From positions 26,033 through 90,032 of the IMG/VR virus record IMGVR_UViG_3300015244_001400: 64,000 nucleotides of DNA. The stretch is one strand, 5' to 3'. The notes below the pieces were generated by a model. The model was not told where the DNA came from. It made no database searches and worked only from the letters and a program-made list of their open reading frames with translations. The stretch is from a virus. Taxonomy: Duplodnaviria > Caudoviricetes. This document shows, piece by piece, positions 38,601 through 48,820 of the stretch (within the stretch, counting starts at the first letter, position 1; each line of letters begins with the position of its first letter). The position numbers were made by a program, and so were the translations under genes.

Positions 38601-41600
38601 AGGTAGAGTTGCAGATTCTTTCTTTGAAGAAGTTGCAAATAAAAGAAAAAGCTTAATTGAATTAGAGCAAATTAAAAACAAACAAAAACTTGAATCAGAT
38701 AATTTACAAGTTCTCTTAGCTAAGAGAGCCCAAATTATGGAAGACAAAGACGAGTTTAATTCTATTGCTGTAGTTCCTGACACAGCTACTGTTATTGTAT
38801 TGGATGATGTAGCTCAATCAGCTCACCAAAGTTTTGTACAAGCTAGTGTAGATAGTCTTTTAGACATCTTCCCTGTACCTGCTACCTTGCCTAATCCTGT
38901 TTCACTTCCTTCTGTAAGTGACATTGATTTAAATTCTTTTGATACTCCAGATAGCTTAGTTGTTGCAGATAGTCCAAATGGATTTATAGTTTTCAATAAA
39001 AACACTAATACTCCTATTGAAGTAATTAACTCTGGGGACAATAAAGGAATTGCTAAACCTTATGCAACTCAAGAAGATGCAGAAAAAAGAATTCAAGAAT
39101 TAAAAACTAATAGTAACAGTATAGTTGTTTCTGATAGTGAGTTTGACTTATCTATTGATACTAGAGCTACTTACTCTCCTCAACAATTAGAAGCTGCTAA
39201 AGCTTTTACTAAAGAGTCTGTAGAAAGAATTGAAGAAAGATTGGGTAGAAAACCTACTTTCAGAGAATTTGCTGAGCAAACTTATAAGTATTCTCCAGAT
39301 AAAAAAGCTTTAAGAAATTTGTTTCCTCACATGTATAGAGGATGGCAAGAAAATGGATATGAAGCTACAGATTTCCAAGAAGTCTTCAATGATTTATTCA
39401 ATCCTTATGAAGCTGCTGTAACTGATTATGTTGCTAATATGCAAAATATTTTTGAACAGTCTTTACCTATTGAAGAAGTTAGTCCTTACACAGAGTTTCA
39501 AGAACAATCTCAAAAAGTTACAGAGCAAGTTCTTAATAACAATGTTACTACTATTGGTTATGATGAAGAAAACATGGCCGTAGTTCAGACAGCTGAATCT
39601 GAAGAAGAGTTAAGAAAAAATATTAACATTACTCCTAGAATAGGTTATTCTGCTATGAGCTCTACTACAGTAAATGATGCTGGAGGTATTGAAACTGTGA
39701 CTGTAGGTACAGAATTAGCTCACAAAGAGGGAGACTTAATAGACCCAAGAGATTTAATCAATCCTAACTTATTTCCTACAGGAACTAAAGTTTCTATTGA
39801 GATAGCTGATGCTTCTTTATGGGACAGAGTTGTAGCCACTAATGGAAGAGATGCACAAGGTAACTTGATGTTTACTACATTTGATAAATGGGTTGCAGAA
39901 AGAGAAAAGAATAATCCTAACTTTAGAGAAACTCAAGAGTTTAGAGATAAAGTACCTATGTTCTATACTGATGGTTCAGGTAAAAGATTAGGTTATGTAC
40001 AAGAAGTAGATAAGTTTAATGCTTATACTGTTAAGAATCCAGCAGGTAGTTCTAAAAATCCTGCAACAGCTGTTCAAGATCCTGTATGGTCAAACCATAT
40101 TCAAAAAGGTATTGACAATGCTAGAGCATTGAGAGACAGTATTCATAATGGTTTAAGAGAAGTTACTTTGACTAGAAGTGCTGAAGCTTCTCCTATTAAA
40201 ATTCCAGATACTCAACCTAAGATTACTATTAGAGAAGCTAATCCTCAATCTACTTTAGTAGTTCAAAGGGGTACAGATTTACATACTACTTTTGATAGTA
40301 AGTTTGAAGGTAAGATAATTGACAGACAATTGTTTAAAGCAGGAGCAGGTGGAACTAATGGACACACTTGGATGGTATCTCAAATAGGTACTACTACAAA
40401 TAATAAAGGTGAAGTAGTCCCTCAATACAGAGCATACCCTATTCAAAGAGTTGTTTCTGAAGATCAAATTGAAACTGCTAGATGGGCCTTAGCTGCTTAC
40501 ATGACTTTAGAAGGAAGAACTGAAATTATCAAAGGTTCTCAGTTTGAGATGACTAGAGAAATTGCAGAAAAAATTCAAGCAGACATTAATAAAAATATGG
40601 GTTACAATATTGGTAACCACTTAGAATTAGTTTCTTTTATCAAAACTTTCTTTCAGACTTCTGTTCAAGGAGATAAAATAGATTCTTATAAGTCTGTTTT
40701 ATTTGATGAAGAGAATTATCCTGATGTTAGACAACACACTAACTTAAAATTATTTGGAAATAAAAAAGCTAAAATAGTTTCTATTGTGAATGGAAAAGTA
40801 ATTTCTAGTGATAAGAACTATGAAGATTATTTGAAAGATACTTTAGAGACAAATCTTAAAGCTGTCAATGTAGGTACAGAAGAAAAACCTGTCTATGCTA
40901 TAGTAGCTCAACCTACTTTTACAATTTCTTATGCTCCAGTAGCTCAAATATCTGGTCCTGAACAAGTTGAAACTCAACAAGTTGAGACTGTAGAATTGGC
41001 TAAAGAGATAGTTGCAGAACCTTTGAACATAGATAAACATGTTGAATTGTTAAACAATTTAGGAATTAGTTTAGATGAGTTTGAAGTAAGTGATGATATG
41101 ATTGAAGACACTGCTAAGTTAGCTAACTTGTTTAAAACAGTTGGTAACTTAAATATTCTTCAAGAAAAAGCTATCAGACAATTTATTGTACACAACATTG
41201 GAGAAAGAGTAAGTCTAGAGTATAAATCTAGTGTGTCTAAAGTTAAATTAAAAGAGGACATTAAAAAAGATTTAGACTCTGTTTTAGCAGGTCTTGAAAC
41301 TCAATTAAAAACTTTACTTACTGAATTAGGCAATTCTAATTCTACAGATAGTAGAGTAGCTTTATTGAAAGAAGCTTATGCAACTACTCTTACCAATATA
41401 AAAGACATTAAAGCAAACTTTGCTTCTTTGTTTGATAAATCTTTTACTGATATTCAAAAACAAACTCAGTTAGTTGAAAAGGAAACAGAAGAGACTACTA
41501 ACACAGATGAAGAAACTCAAAATGTAAAAGACTACAATAAAGAATCAATTGAAGAGTCAGGAAAAGCCAAAGCTTCTTACAGACTTAGAAGATTCTTACA

Positions 41601-44600
41601 TAAAATCAACAAGTATGATGCTAAAGGAGTTGCACAAACAACTTATTTAGGCCTTCCTTCTTACATGAGTTTCAATGATGTTTACAATGAGTTAAGTAAA
41701 GTTCTTAGTATGGGTTCTGAAGTAGAGTCTAACTATGACAAACTAATTGAAAAATTAAAACAAAGTGAGGCTCCTTTTGTAAAAGATATTCTTGCTAAAT
41801 TAGAGGGAGCTGATCAACAAATCAAAAATGAGTTTGTATACAATTTTGTAAGACATACTTTATCTTCTAAGTTTGGTATGTATGAAAGTGGACCTAATGG
41901 GGTTACTCTTAAAATGTACAACACTAATGCTAATGAAGCTTCTAGAATCATTAATAACAAGTGGAAGAATGACAATATGGTTTCAGGTCTTTACAAAAAA
42001 GATGGAACTGTAGACACAGCTTTTGCAGATAGAATGATAGAAGAGTTTAATTCTTGGGACAAAGATCACACTAAAGTAGCTCAAGCTGATTTAAGAAACT
42101 GGTTAGGTAAATTAGGTTTTACTTTCCAGGATGCAGCTTGGAATCAAATATATGAAAAAGGTATCTTTAATGCTCAAAGAGATGTACCTTTCAAAGACTT
42201 GTATAATATTAATGCAGGAGGATTGTTTGTGCCTATTGTAGATTTCTTAACTAAAGCTAAGAATGACCCTACAGGAATGAAGTTTGATGTGAATGCAAAT
42301 GTATTCTCAAACTTAGGAGGAGTTACTAAAGCATTGAGTGCTATTGAAACTAAATACAATCCTAACTTAATTGCTTTATCTTTTAGAGACACTGGTAAAA
42401 ACATCTCTACTCTTGTACCTACAAAGTACATTACAGATATGGTACAGAACTTAAAGAGAGCTTCTGTTGATCAAAGTAATACTCTAATAGAAGATTTACA
42501 ATCATTATCTTTCTCAGAGGATTCTATTATTCTTGACTTACTACAAAATGTACCAGCATTTAAAAATATGTTTCAGGTACACCATGTAGCATTAACAGCT
42601 ATCAAAGAAAAAGGAGATACACCTACTAAGTCTAGTTTGACTGATTTGAGTGATATTGATTTTGATATGAACTCTTTAGCTGGATTCCAAGATAGAAAGA
42701 CAGATAAGTTACCTGCAGGTACTAAAATAGATGGTATAACTATGAGAATGGCACACATGCTTTCTCCAACTATGTCAGATAAGAGTACTGGTCTTTATAT
42801 GGAAACAGCTGTATTTGATTTTATGACTGATAAATCTCTTCTTTTCAAAGTAGAAGAGGATGGAGCTATCTCAGGATTCAAGATTCAATTAAAAGAAATG
42901 TTATTTGAAAGATTAGTTTTACCTGAACTTAAAAGAATTATAAAATTCCATAGAGAAGTAGGTACAACTAATATCAAAAATTATGATAAAGGAGCTCAAT
43001 TGTTTCACTTACTTCCTATAATGAATACATTAAAGGCTGAAGATGGAGTGAGAATTATAGAGAAATTGGCTAGTCCTACTTTAAATTATACTCTAGAAGA
43101 AGCAGTAGAAGAGTTTGGAGAAACTTTCCAAAATGCTATTGAAGATGTAGTACAACAAGAGGTTAATCATAAGAAAGAATCTTGGTCTGGTTATAGTGAA
43201 ACTAAGGGAGGTAAGACTACTTCTAAAATGTTTGATAAAAACTACTTTACAGAAGTAGGAAGAGATGCTGCAGTTGACTATGACTTAGCTGTGAATGATT
43301 TTGTATTAAATAACTTATTATTTAATGCAGAAATGTTCAAAGTATTTGCTGGAGATATTGCATCTTACAGTCAAGATAAATTATTCACTGAGCAAAGACT
43401 TAATAAAGAGACTAACAAAGAAGAGAAAACTAAGATTAATGCTTGGGACTTCTCTAAAGATGAGTCTTACATTTCTATCAATAAGCAAATTGGTACCAAC
43501 CTAGGAAAAAGATTAGCATTGCTAATTGCTCCTGGAAACAAAATTGCTAATTCTAGAGATGAAGAGTACAATCAAATATTCTTAAATGACTCAATTGATA
43601 TTACTGAGAATGCAGAATACTTAATTAAAAACTACTATGGAAAAGAGGCTTTAGTTAAAGCTAACCCTTTACTTACTAAACATGCTATAGCTGCTAAAAT
43701 AGTGGATAGATATGAGCAAGGAATTGTTGATATTAGCCCTGAATTGTATGTTAAAGCTAAGAGTGACATGAAAGAAGCTAGAGAATCTTTATCTAAAGAA
43801 TATGCAGATCTTTCAGCTTACTTTGATATTGAATCTACTGATGCTCAAGAGTATTCTACAGCTGCAGAACACATTTCTATCTTACATAGAATGGGAAGAC
43901 TATCTGACAAAGAGCTTAAGACTATTAATGACAAGTTAGAAAAAGGAGAAGACCTTACTAAAGAAGAACTTAATGTTGTATTCCAACCTATTAAACCTGT
44001 ACACACAGGAACTTATATCAATAAAGAGCAAGATGTAAACAGAGTTGTTTACATTAAGTCTTCAGCATTCCCATTATTACCTCAGCTTACTGCAGGTACA
44101 AGATTGGAAGGATTAAGAAATAAAATGGAAGAACTGGAAAAAAATACTGGTAGATTTACCAGAGCATCTTTCCAGACAGCAAACAAAGTGGGAGCTACAG
44201 TGAATGCTGTAAATCCTTTTGACACTAACTCTTTGAATGATATTAAAGAGTATGCTCCTAATGATGCAGCAAGTAAAGTGTTGACTCTTAAAAGAGATAA
44301 TTTCAGAATACAACAAGATGTCCCTTTCAAATCTGACAAAGCTCAAGATGATAAAGTTTCTATGGGTACTCAGTTCTTTAAACTTTTGTTTGGAGATGGA
44401 ATGGTAGATGCAGACAATTTTGAAATTGATGGTAAAAAATTAACAGGTAAAGAATTGTACCAACATTACAATACAGCTTTTAAAGATATTGTGGATAGCA
44501 AGAAAGCTGATTTGTTTTTTGAATTGGGCCTTGATGAAAGAGGAAAAGTAATTGACCAAAATCAATTCATGGTTAAGTTACAAGACTTATTAATCAAGGA

Positions 44601-47600
44601 AGCAACTAGTAGAGGATATAGTGTGAAATCTTTGGCAGGATTAAAGTTAGAACAACTTCAAGCTAAGGCAGGAATCTACTATGAGTTTAAAACTCCTCTA
44701 TGGTTATCTTCAGATAGTAATAGATATGAGTCTTTATTGAATGCTATTATCACTAATAGAATTATGAAACACAAAATGCCAGGTAATGGTTTTGTGGCTG
44801 GTTCTGAAGCAGGATTTAGCTTCAAAGAAAACTTAGAAGGAATTGACAGATCTAGAGTTATCTATTTAGATAACTGGAATGGGAAAGAATTACAAGGAAC
44901 TCACACTGAAGAAGTGGATGGTACTCCTGTATTCAAAAAAGCTCAAGTTTTTGTACCTTCTAAATTTAAAGGGGCTGATAAAAAACTTATTGATTTGTTT
45001 GAAGGATTCAATGGTAAAGAAGGTAAGTACATTGTAAAGAGAGAGAATGGAACTTTAGGATTAAAAGAAGGCATGATAGATCCTGCTTTGTTTAATAATT
45101 TTAGTTTTAGAACTCCTACTTCTTCACATGTATCTGGTTCTTCTATTGAAATAGCTGGTATACTTCCTCCTGAAGTAGGTGACTTAATGATAGTACCTAA
45201 AAACTTTACTAAGCAAAAAGGTCTTGACTATGATATTGATAAGGAATCTGCTTACCAATTAAATCATGTAACTACTATTGATGGTAAAATACAAGTTCTT
45301 ACAAAAGAATATGCTGATGCTAAGATTAATGAATTAAAAGATAAAATTGAAAAAGCTAACTTACAAAATCTATCAGCTTCTGCTAAGAGTAATTTTGCAC
45401 AAGAACTTTTCAGAAGTTTTGTACAGGGTTCAGGGTCTCTTTTAAATGAAGAGTCTTTAGAAACTTTACTATTACCTCAATTGAGTATTGCAAGTAAATT
45501 AAGCAGAGTAGAAACAGAATTGAAAAGAAAACTAGCTGAAAATGAGTTCATTAAGACTCACTTAGCAGTATTCAACAATCCTGATAGTGCTGTACAAAAT
45601 AAAATTAACAAAGTTCTTTCTATAGATTTTGCCTCTAAACAAGCAGATTTAATAGAAGAGTTGACTGCAGAAGGTATTAAAAATGCTGCTATCACTAAGA
45701 ACAGAGAAATTAATCCTAACCTTTCATTAAAAGAGGCAACTGAAATGTATCAAAAAAGTTTAATGAACTTTACTATGCTTACAAACAGTTACCAAAAAAT
45801 GAAAATGGATTTAGGTTCTATTGGTAAAACTGCTATTGGAGTGTATGCAAACTACACTACTTTCAATGGTTTACTTCAACAAAACATTTCTGGTAAGGAT
45901 GTGTTTATAATGGATGAGAATGGTGACCCTAAAATAACTACTGTTGGTAATTTTATTTCTAATGGTTTTTTAGGTACTCAAAAAACTCTTTTACCTGCAA
46001 CAAATGCTTCTGCTTGGGCTTCTAAATATCAAAGAACAACTGCTGAGGTATTTGCAGAAAAAGAAAATACAGCTACAGATAATGAGAAAGAACAAATCTT
46101 AGGTAGAGTAGGTGTTAATGAAGACACTATTAATGTAGATGCATACCTTTCTTTATTAGGATTTGATAGAGATGAGTTAGGTAATTCTATTTCTTATATG
46201 TTATTATCTCAACCAGCTATTAGACAATTCAATGGTCAGAAAAAAGCAAGTAAAGGTATCTTAGGAGAATTCTTAAAACAAGATGAACTTATTGCAGAGA
46301 CTGTTTCTAGGTTATCTGAAGGTGCAATTAGCTATAAACAAGTAGGAGAAGGTTCTAGTCTTAAGTATCATTTTGTTGATACAACTACAGGACAGATTGC
46401 TCAACCTGATGGTAGATTATTGACAGGTGCCAACTTATTAGAAGGAGTTAAGTATAGTGGAGAAGATGCTAAAGTGCAACTGAACTCTTTCATGACTTAC
46501 ATTCAAATAGAAAAAGAAGCTAGAGCTGTTTCTACTGTTCAAAAAACTATCAATGCTAATACTTTAGGTAAATCTATGATTGAATCTCAATTGAAATTTG
46601 AAGCTCTTAAAAACTTACCTAACAATGGTACTGTAAAAGGAGTAGAAAATCTTATTGGAGAATTTACAAAGGTTCAAGAAGGTAGACAAGATGGAGAATG
46701 GATGGGAGAATACTATGTAACTCCTACAACTCCTCAAGGTCAAATTGTGATCAATGGTTTGAGACTAGGTAATACTATGTACCAAGACTTTTTCCCTTAC
46801 CAAGAGCAAAGTATTGTGGATACAGTGAAAGAAATTTTAGCTGTACAAGGTAAAGGAGAAGTATCTGATGCAGTTGTTATTGAGAACTTTGAAGAAATTG
46901 TAGAAAGTATTAAAAAATACATCTATTCAAGACAAGGTAATAATGTATTTGAAATGGACCCTAGAGCTAAGAGATTTGAATTGTTTAAAGACACAGACAC
47001 TAATACTTCTTTGTCTACTTACATGAAAGATTTAGTAGGAACTAAAAACCCAGAGTTTGCTAAAGGAATAAGAGTGCTATCTCAAAATCCATTAGTAAGA
47101 AGCTTTACCTATGAGTCTTCATTAGGTGAAACTGACTTCTCTGTGATTAAATATAACAATGCAGCTACAGATAATCTTGATGAAGAAGAGTTATACAACT
47201 CTATTCCTGAATTAATTTTAATGGATGCTCCTTTACCTCCTAAAAATGGCAAAGAATATTCAACTAAGATGTTAGCTGAAGATTTAGTTTCTTACTCTTT
47301 CTTACAAGGTGGAGTTCAAAAAGCCACAGAGTTTGTAAAATATGTACCTGTAGAATACTTAGAAACTGTTGGAACTTATGAAACTCAGAAAGAGTTTGTA
47401 AATGGAGAAGTAGTTGAAAAACAAGTATTTGTACCAGCAAATAAAAAACTTCAAGGATTTAATTCTAAGAAAAACAAAGATATTGATATTTTTGGTATTG
47501 CTCTTGGAGTTAATTCTGAAGGACCTAGTACTTTTACAAAACAGTATTTCCAACACAATCCTAATAAGGCACCTAAAGTTCCTTATAAAGAAAGAAACAA

Positions 47601-48810
47601 AGAAGTAAATGGTTTATTCAAGTACACAGACAATGCTGGAAAAAGTCCTTCTTTTGTATCTATCAAGAACAAAAAAGGAGATGCTCAAGCTTACTCTTTA
47701 TATGAGAACATTGGAAATGGGATGTACCAAAAAATTGACACTTTAGGTAATAAAGGAGTTAATGAATATGAGTACAGAAACTCTAATGTTTCAGCTATGA
47801 ATTCTACAACTGTAAACAACACTCCTAAAGTAAGTGAGGCTCAAGTTAAAGAAAGTAATGGTGTACCTTTCAATATTGTAGAAGGAACTACTACTGTAAG
47901 AGAATTGACTCAGAATATTGCAGATGCTGTATTAAGCCCTGAATATGCTCACTTATCAGAAGCAGCTAATTGGTTACTGCCTATCATTAAGAATGGTACT
48001 CAGAAAGTAATTGTAGATAAAACTTTAAGTGCAGCTGGAAGAGCTTCAAGACAGTCTTTGAATATTAGTATCAATCCTATTCATACTACAGAGGTGTCTG
48101 CTGATAAAACTGCTTTAGTGTTTATCCATGAATTAATTCACACTGTGAGTGCTAAAGAAGTGACTAACTACTATCAAGCTGATGGAGTAACTTTAAGAAC
48201 AGATGTTCCTATCCCTGCTCATGTTGAAAAGCTAGACAAAGTGTTTAGAAAATTCACAGAAGCTTACAAAGATGAAATTACACAGTTACAAAATAAAAGA
48301 AACTCTACAGATGAATCATTAGGGGCTGGGTATACAGAGAGAGAAAAAGAAGTTATTTATGCTGGTATTAATATCAGAGAATTTATGACAGTAGCAATGA
48401 CCTCTCCTACATTCCAAAAAGAATTAAGTGAAATCTCTAGTGGAGAAAGTAACTTATGGGAAGATATCAAAGCTATCTTTATGGATATTATTGAGTCAAT
48501 TTACCCTGGAATTAAAAATAATAGTTTAGCTAAAGATGCTATTATAGCTTCTATGAACTTTATTAATGAAGAGTCTAAAGGTAGAAGAGTGGTAACACAA
48601 GATGTGATACCAGCTGATGTACACTTGATCTTACAGCAAGAAGAAGCTAACAAATTGATGTATGGTAATCCTACAGGTATTGATTTGAGTAGTCCTGATA
48701 ATGATGTAAGAGATGAAAATACTGTAGACCTGAGTATTTCAGATACAGAAAAAAATGATACCTTTGTCAAAGAAGATAAATCTGCCTGTGAAGGAGGCCT
48801 AGCAATTTAA
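35623..48810 (+). CDS. Virion-packaged single-chain RNA polymerase with C-terminal zincin-like domain
   Basis: Catalytic FRTP...LPPEVGDLMIVP...GLDYDIDK (aa 3202-3206, nt 45226-45240). Beta-like motifs GKRL, TDAQEY, IKPV, NKVG, QQDVP, MGTQFFKL. HELIH at aa 4169. Confidence 0.88.
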   Translation: MFPPKKNLSKFAQAKQELQQGDEGIAAGAGTETGVGLSFEELRSQSTSQNNVSTQLLSTFVDKGERDKIEYENSQARKEMERLAKEQAVQKDRVYSKVAEKNGIDKAIGLMDTASKLRELEEKDFFTSYSKYADDFISSKGINVAKPLIAVGGFIAHAYNDMFNDTRLGLTKAEQKEYDNLSSQQRKELQPALTELKTQYEQELKKAEARRKQAVVANTKSADYIKWQNDQAKALRKDLVSGPGPSKDELLATRTAIKYEDLIAQIDDYASGNAGFWDGFGSQKKDVLTLGLYSMGDALTVADIKDKADRIYKEKALNSKNINYRPKESLTENEQSLLEAEGHVQELSAKNLFENKLGYTWGTGVAQSTVFMEATLLTGGFGGAVESTVANAIVKESAKATLRQAWKQGGTKLLLSNLGAKSVGGLANVGVTSLLAPGTYTMAAKAKTGNMEFITDENGKQKLLVGQERYDHYKKDFSKKSDLIKYDIDELEKKEKRSDKEEERLEGLKSSLQNITDEFDTLYKPNNWGESLWYGYSETVKENFSEKYVGAALPGLSNNMLMRNLAKTQIGGKIAKGITATTNDFAQSSLGKTLSAPIKGYNYTRNLVNNLSLGKLSGNAVAHTGKASLIHSLPGEIAEEIWNQFMPTYKQDYAEQLETLKDSSFYRDTIAQTLIQGVAFGGIGMVGRGRNYMNDKARLREMYKALDASITDDDVANNILMNTGGTIYSPLDYDHKIMQLRKENTTDSHTKADRLEQNKFTNLAAMAIRTGTVDSFKKNLESIQNKPDVSLTTKQNIALATARIDGLMEVYNKHSEKDNFATIFNLSERKLANDQTVKVIDEELMKQKEGAKEDIDAFILRKGLKIDYDIDTLLTKEEFESPEQEKEYTNFIQALSEENLTRVNLFGGLLMEKAGFQMDNSELNKQINDQTSPEYEERVENKKGIEQVYEKTLQDYQKSIITSETSVFNYNNQLEETPELVDEAMDRVKKQYKGRVADSFFEEVANKRKSLIELEQIKNKQKLESDNLQVLLAKRAQIMEDKDEFNSIAVVPDTATVIVLDDVAQSAHQSFVQASVDSLLDIFPVPATLPNPVSLPSVSDIDLNSFDTPDSLVVADSPNGFIVFNKNTNTPIEVINSGDNKGIAKPYATQEDAEKRIQELKTNSNSIVVSDSEFDLSIDTRATYSPQQLEAAKAFTKESVERIEERLGRKPTFREFAEQTYKYSPDKKALRNLFPHMYRGWQENGYEATDFQEVFNDLFNPYEAAVTDYVANMQNIFEQSLPIEEVSPYTEFQEQSQKVTEQVLNNNVTTIGYDEENMAVVQTAESEEELRKNINITPRIGYSAMSSTTVNDAGGIETVTVGTELAHKEGDLIDPRDLINPNLFPTGTKVSIEIADASLWDRVVATNGRDAQGNLMFTTFDKWVAEREKNNPNFRETQEFRDKVPMFYTDGSGKRLGYVQEVDKFNAYTVKNPAGSSKNPATAVQDPVWSNHIQKGIDNARALRDSIHNGLREVTLTRSAEASPIKIPDTQPKITIREANPQSTLVVQRGTDLHTTFDSKFEGKIIDRQLFKAGAGGTNGHTWMVSQIGTTTNNKGEVVPQYRAYPIQRVVSEDQIETARWALAAYMTLEGRTEIIKGSQFEMTREIAEKIQADINKNMGYNIGNHLELVSFIKTFFQTSVQGDKIDSYKSVLFDEENYPDVRQHTNLKLFGNKKAKIVSIVNGKVISSDKNYEDYLKDTLETNLKAVNVGTEEKPVYAIVAQPTFTISYAPVAQISGPEQVETQQVETVELAKEIVAEPLNIDKHVELLNNLGISLDEFEVSDDMIEDTAKLANLFKTVGNLNILQEKAIRQFIVHNIGERVSLEYKSSVSKVKLKEDIKKDLDSVLAGLETQLKTLLTELGNSNSTDSRVALLKEAYATTLTNIKDIKANFASLFDKSFTDIQKQTQLVEKETEETTNTDEETQNVKDYNKESIEESGKAKASYRLRRFLHKINKYDAKGVAQTTYLGLPSYMSFNDVYNELSKVLSMGSEVESNYDKLIEKLKQSEAPFVKDILAKLEGADQQIKNEFVYNFVRHTLSSKFGMYESGPNGVTLKMYNTNANEASRIINNKWKNDNMVSGLYKKDGTVDTAFADRMIEEFNSWDKDHTKVAQADLRNWLGKLGFTFQDAAWNQIYEKGIFNAQRDVPFKDLYNINAGGLFVPIVDFLTKAKNDPTGMKFDVNANVFSNLGGVTKALSAIETKYNPNLIALSFRDTGKNISTLVPTKYITDMVQNLKRASVDQSNTLIEDLQSLSFSEDSIILDLLQNVPAFKNMFQVHHVALTAIKEKGDTPTKSSLTDLSDIDFDMNSLAGFQDRKTDKLPAGTKIDGITMRMAHMLSPTMSDKSTGLYMETAVFDFMTDKSLLFKVEEDGAISGFKIQLKEMLFERLVLPELKRIIKFHREVGTTNIKNYDKGAQLFHLLPIMNTLKAEDGVRIIEKLASPTLNYTLEEAVEEFGETFQNAIEDVVQQEVNHKKESWSGYSETKGGKTTSKMFDKNYFTEVGRDAAVDYDLAVNDFVLNNLLFNAEMFKVFAGDIASYSQDKLFTEQRLNKETNKEEKTKINAWDFSKDESYISINKQIGTNLGKRLALLIAPGNKIANSRDEEYNQIFLNDSIDITENAEYLIKNYYGKEALVKANPLLTKHAIAAKIVDRYEQGIVDISPELYVKAKSDMKEARESLSKEYADLSAYFDIESTDAQEYSTAAEHISILHRMGRLSDKELKTINDKLEKGEDLTKEELNVVFQPIKPVHTGTYINKEQDVNRVVYIKSSAFPLLPQLTAGTRLEGLRNKMEELEKNTGRFTRASFQTANKVGATVNAVNPFDTNSLNDIKEYAPNDAASKVLTLKRDNFRIQQDVPFKSDKAQDDKVSMGTQFFKLLFGDGMVDADNFEIDGKKLTGKELYQHYNTAFKDIVDSKKADLFFELGLDERGKVIDQNQFMVKLQDLLIKEATSRGYSVKSLAGLKLEQLQAKAGIYYEFKTPLWLSSDSNRYESLLNAIITNRIMKHKMPGNGFVAGSEAGFSFKENLEGIDRSRVIYLDNWNGKELQGTHTEEVDGTPVFKKAQVFVPSKFKGADKKLIDLFEGFNGKEGKYIVKRENGTLGLKEGMIDPALFNNFSFRTPTSSHVSGSSIEIAGILPPEVGDLMIVPKNFTKQKGLDYDIDKESAYQLNHVTTIDGKIQVLTKEYADAKINELKDKIEKANLQNLSASAKSNFAQELFRSFVQGSGSLLNEESLETLLLPQLSIASKLSRVETELKRKLAENEFIKTHLAVFNNPDSAVQNKINKVLSIDFASKQADLIEELTAEGIKNAAITKNREINPNLSLKEATEMYQKSLMNFTMLTNSYQKMKMDLGSIGKTAIGVYANYTTFNGLLQQNISGKDVFIMDENGDPKITTVGNFISNGFLGTQKTLLPATNASAWASKYQRTTAEVFAEKENTATDNEKEQILGRVGVNEDTINVDAYLSLLGFDRDELGNSISYMLLSQPAIRQFNGQKKASKGILGEFLKQDELIAETVSRLSEGAISYKQVGEGSSLKYHFVDTTTGQIAQPDGRLLTGANLLEGVKYSGEDAKVQLNSFMTYIQIEKEARAVSTVQKTINANTLGKSMIESQLKFEALKNLPNNGTVKGVENLIGEFTKVQEGRQDGEWMGEYYVTPTTPQGQIVINGLRLGNTMYQDFFPYQEQSIVDTVKEILAVQGKGEVSDAVVIENFEEIVESIKKYIYSRQGNNVFEMDPRAKRFELFKDTDTNTSLSTYMKDLVGTKNPEFAKGIRVLSQNPLVRSFTYESSLGETDFSVIKYNNAATDNLDEEELYNSIPELILMDAPLPPKNGKEYSTKMLAEDLVSYSFLQGGVQKATEFVKYVPVEYLETVGTYETQKEFVNGEVVEKQVFVPANKKLQGFNSKKNKDIDIFGIALGVNSEGPSTFTKQYFQHNPNKAPKVPYKERNKEVNGLFKYTDNAGKSPSFVSIKNKKGDAQAYSLYENIGNGMYQKIDTLGNKGVNEYEYRNSNVSAMNSTTVNNTPKVSEAQVKESNGVPFNIVEGTTTVRELTQNIADAVLSPEYAHLSEAANWLLPIIKNGTQKVIVDKTLSAAGRASRQSLNISINPIHTTEVSADKTALVFIHELIHTVSAKEVTNYYQADGVTLRTDVPIPAHVEKLDKVFRKFTEAYKDEITQLQNKRNSTDESLGAGYTEREKEVIYAGINIREFMTVAMTSPTFQKELSEISSGESNLWEDIKAIFMDIIESIYPGIKNNSLAKDAIIASMNFINEESKGRRVVTQDVIPADVHLILQQEEANKLMYGNPTGIDLSSPDNDVRDENTVDLSISDTEKNDTFVKEDKSACEGGLAI

Positions 48811-48820
48811 AAGAAAAACT

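Noticed and set aside
35623-48810. Intein or self-splicing intron explaining the RNAP length
   Set aside because: No stop or frame break, and no C/S...HN-[CST] junctions or LAGLIDADG motifs noticed.
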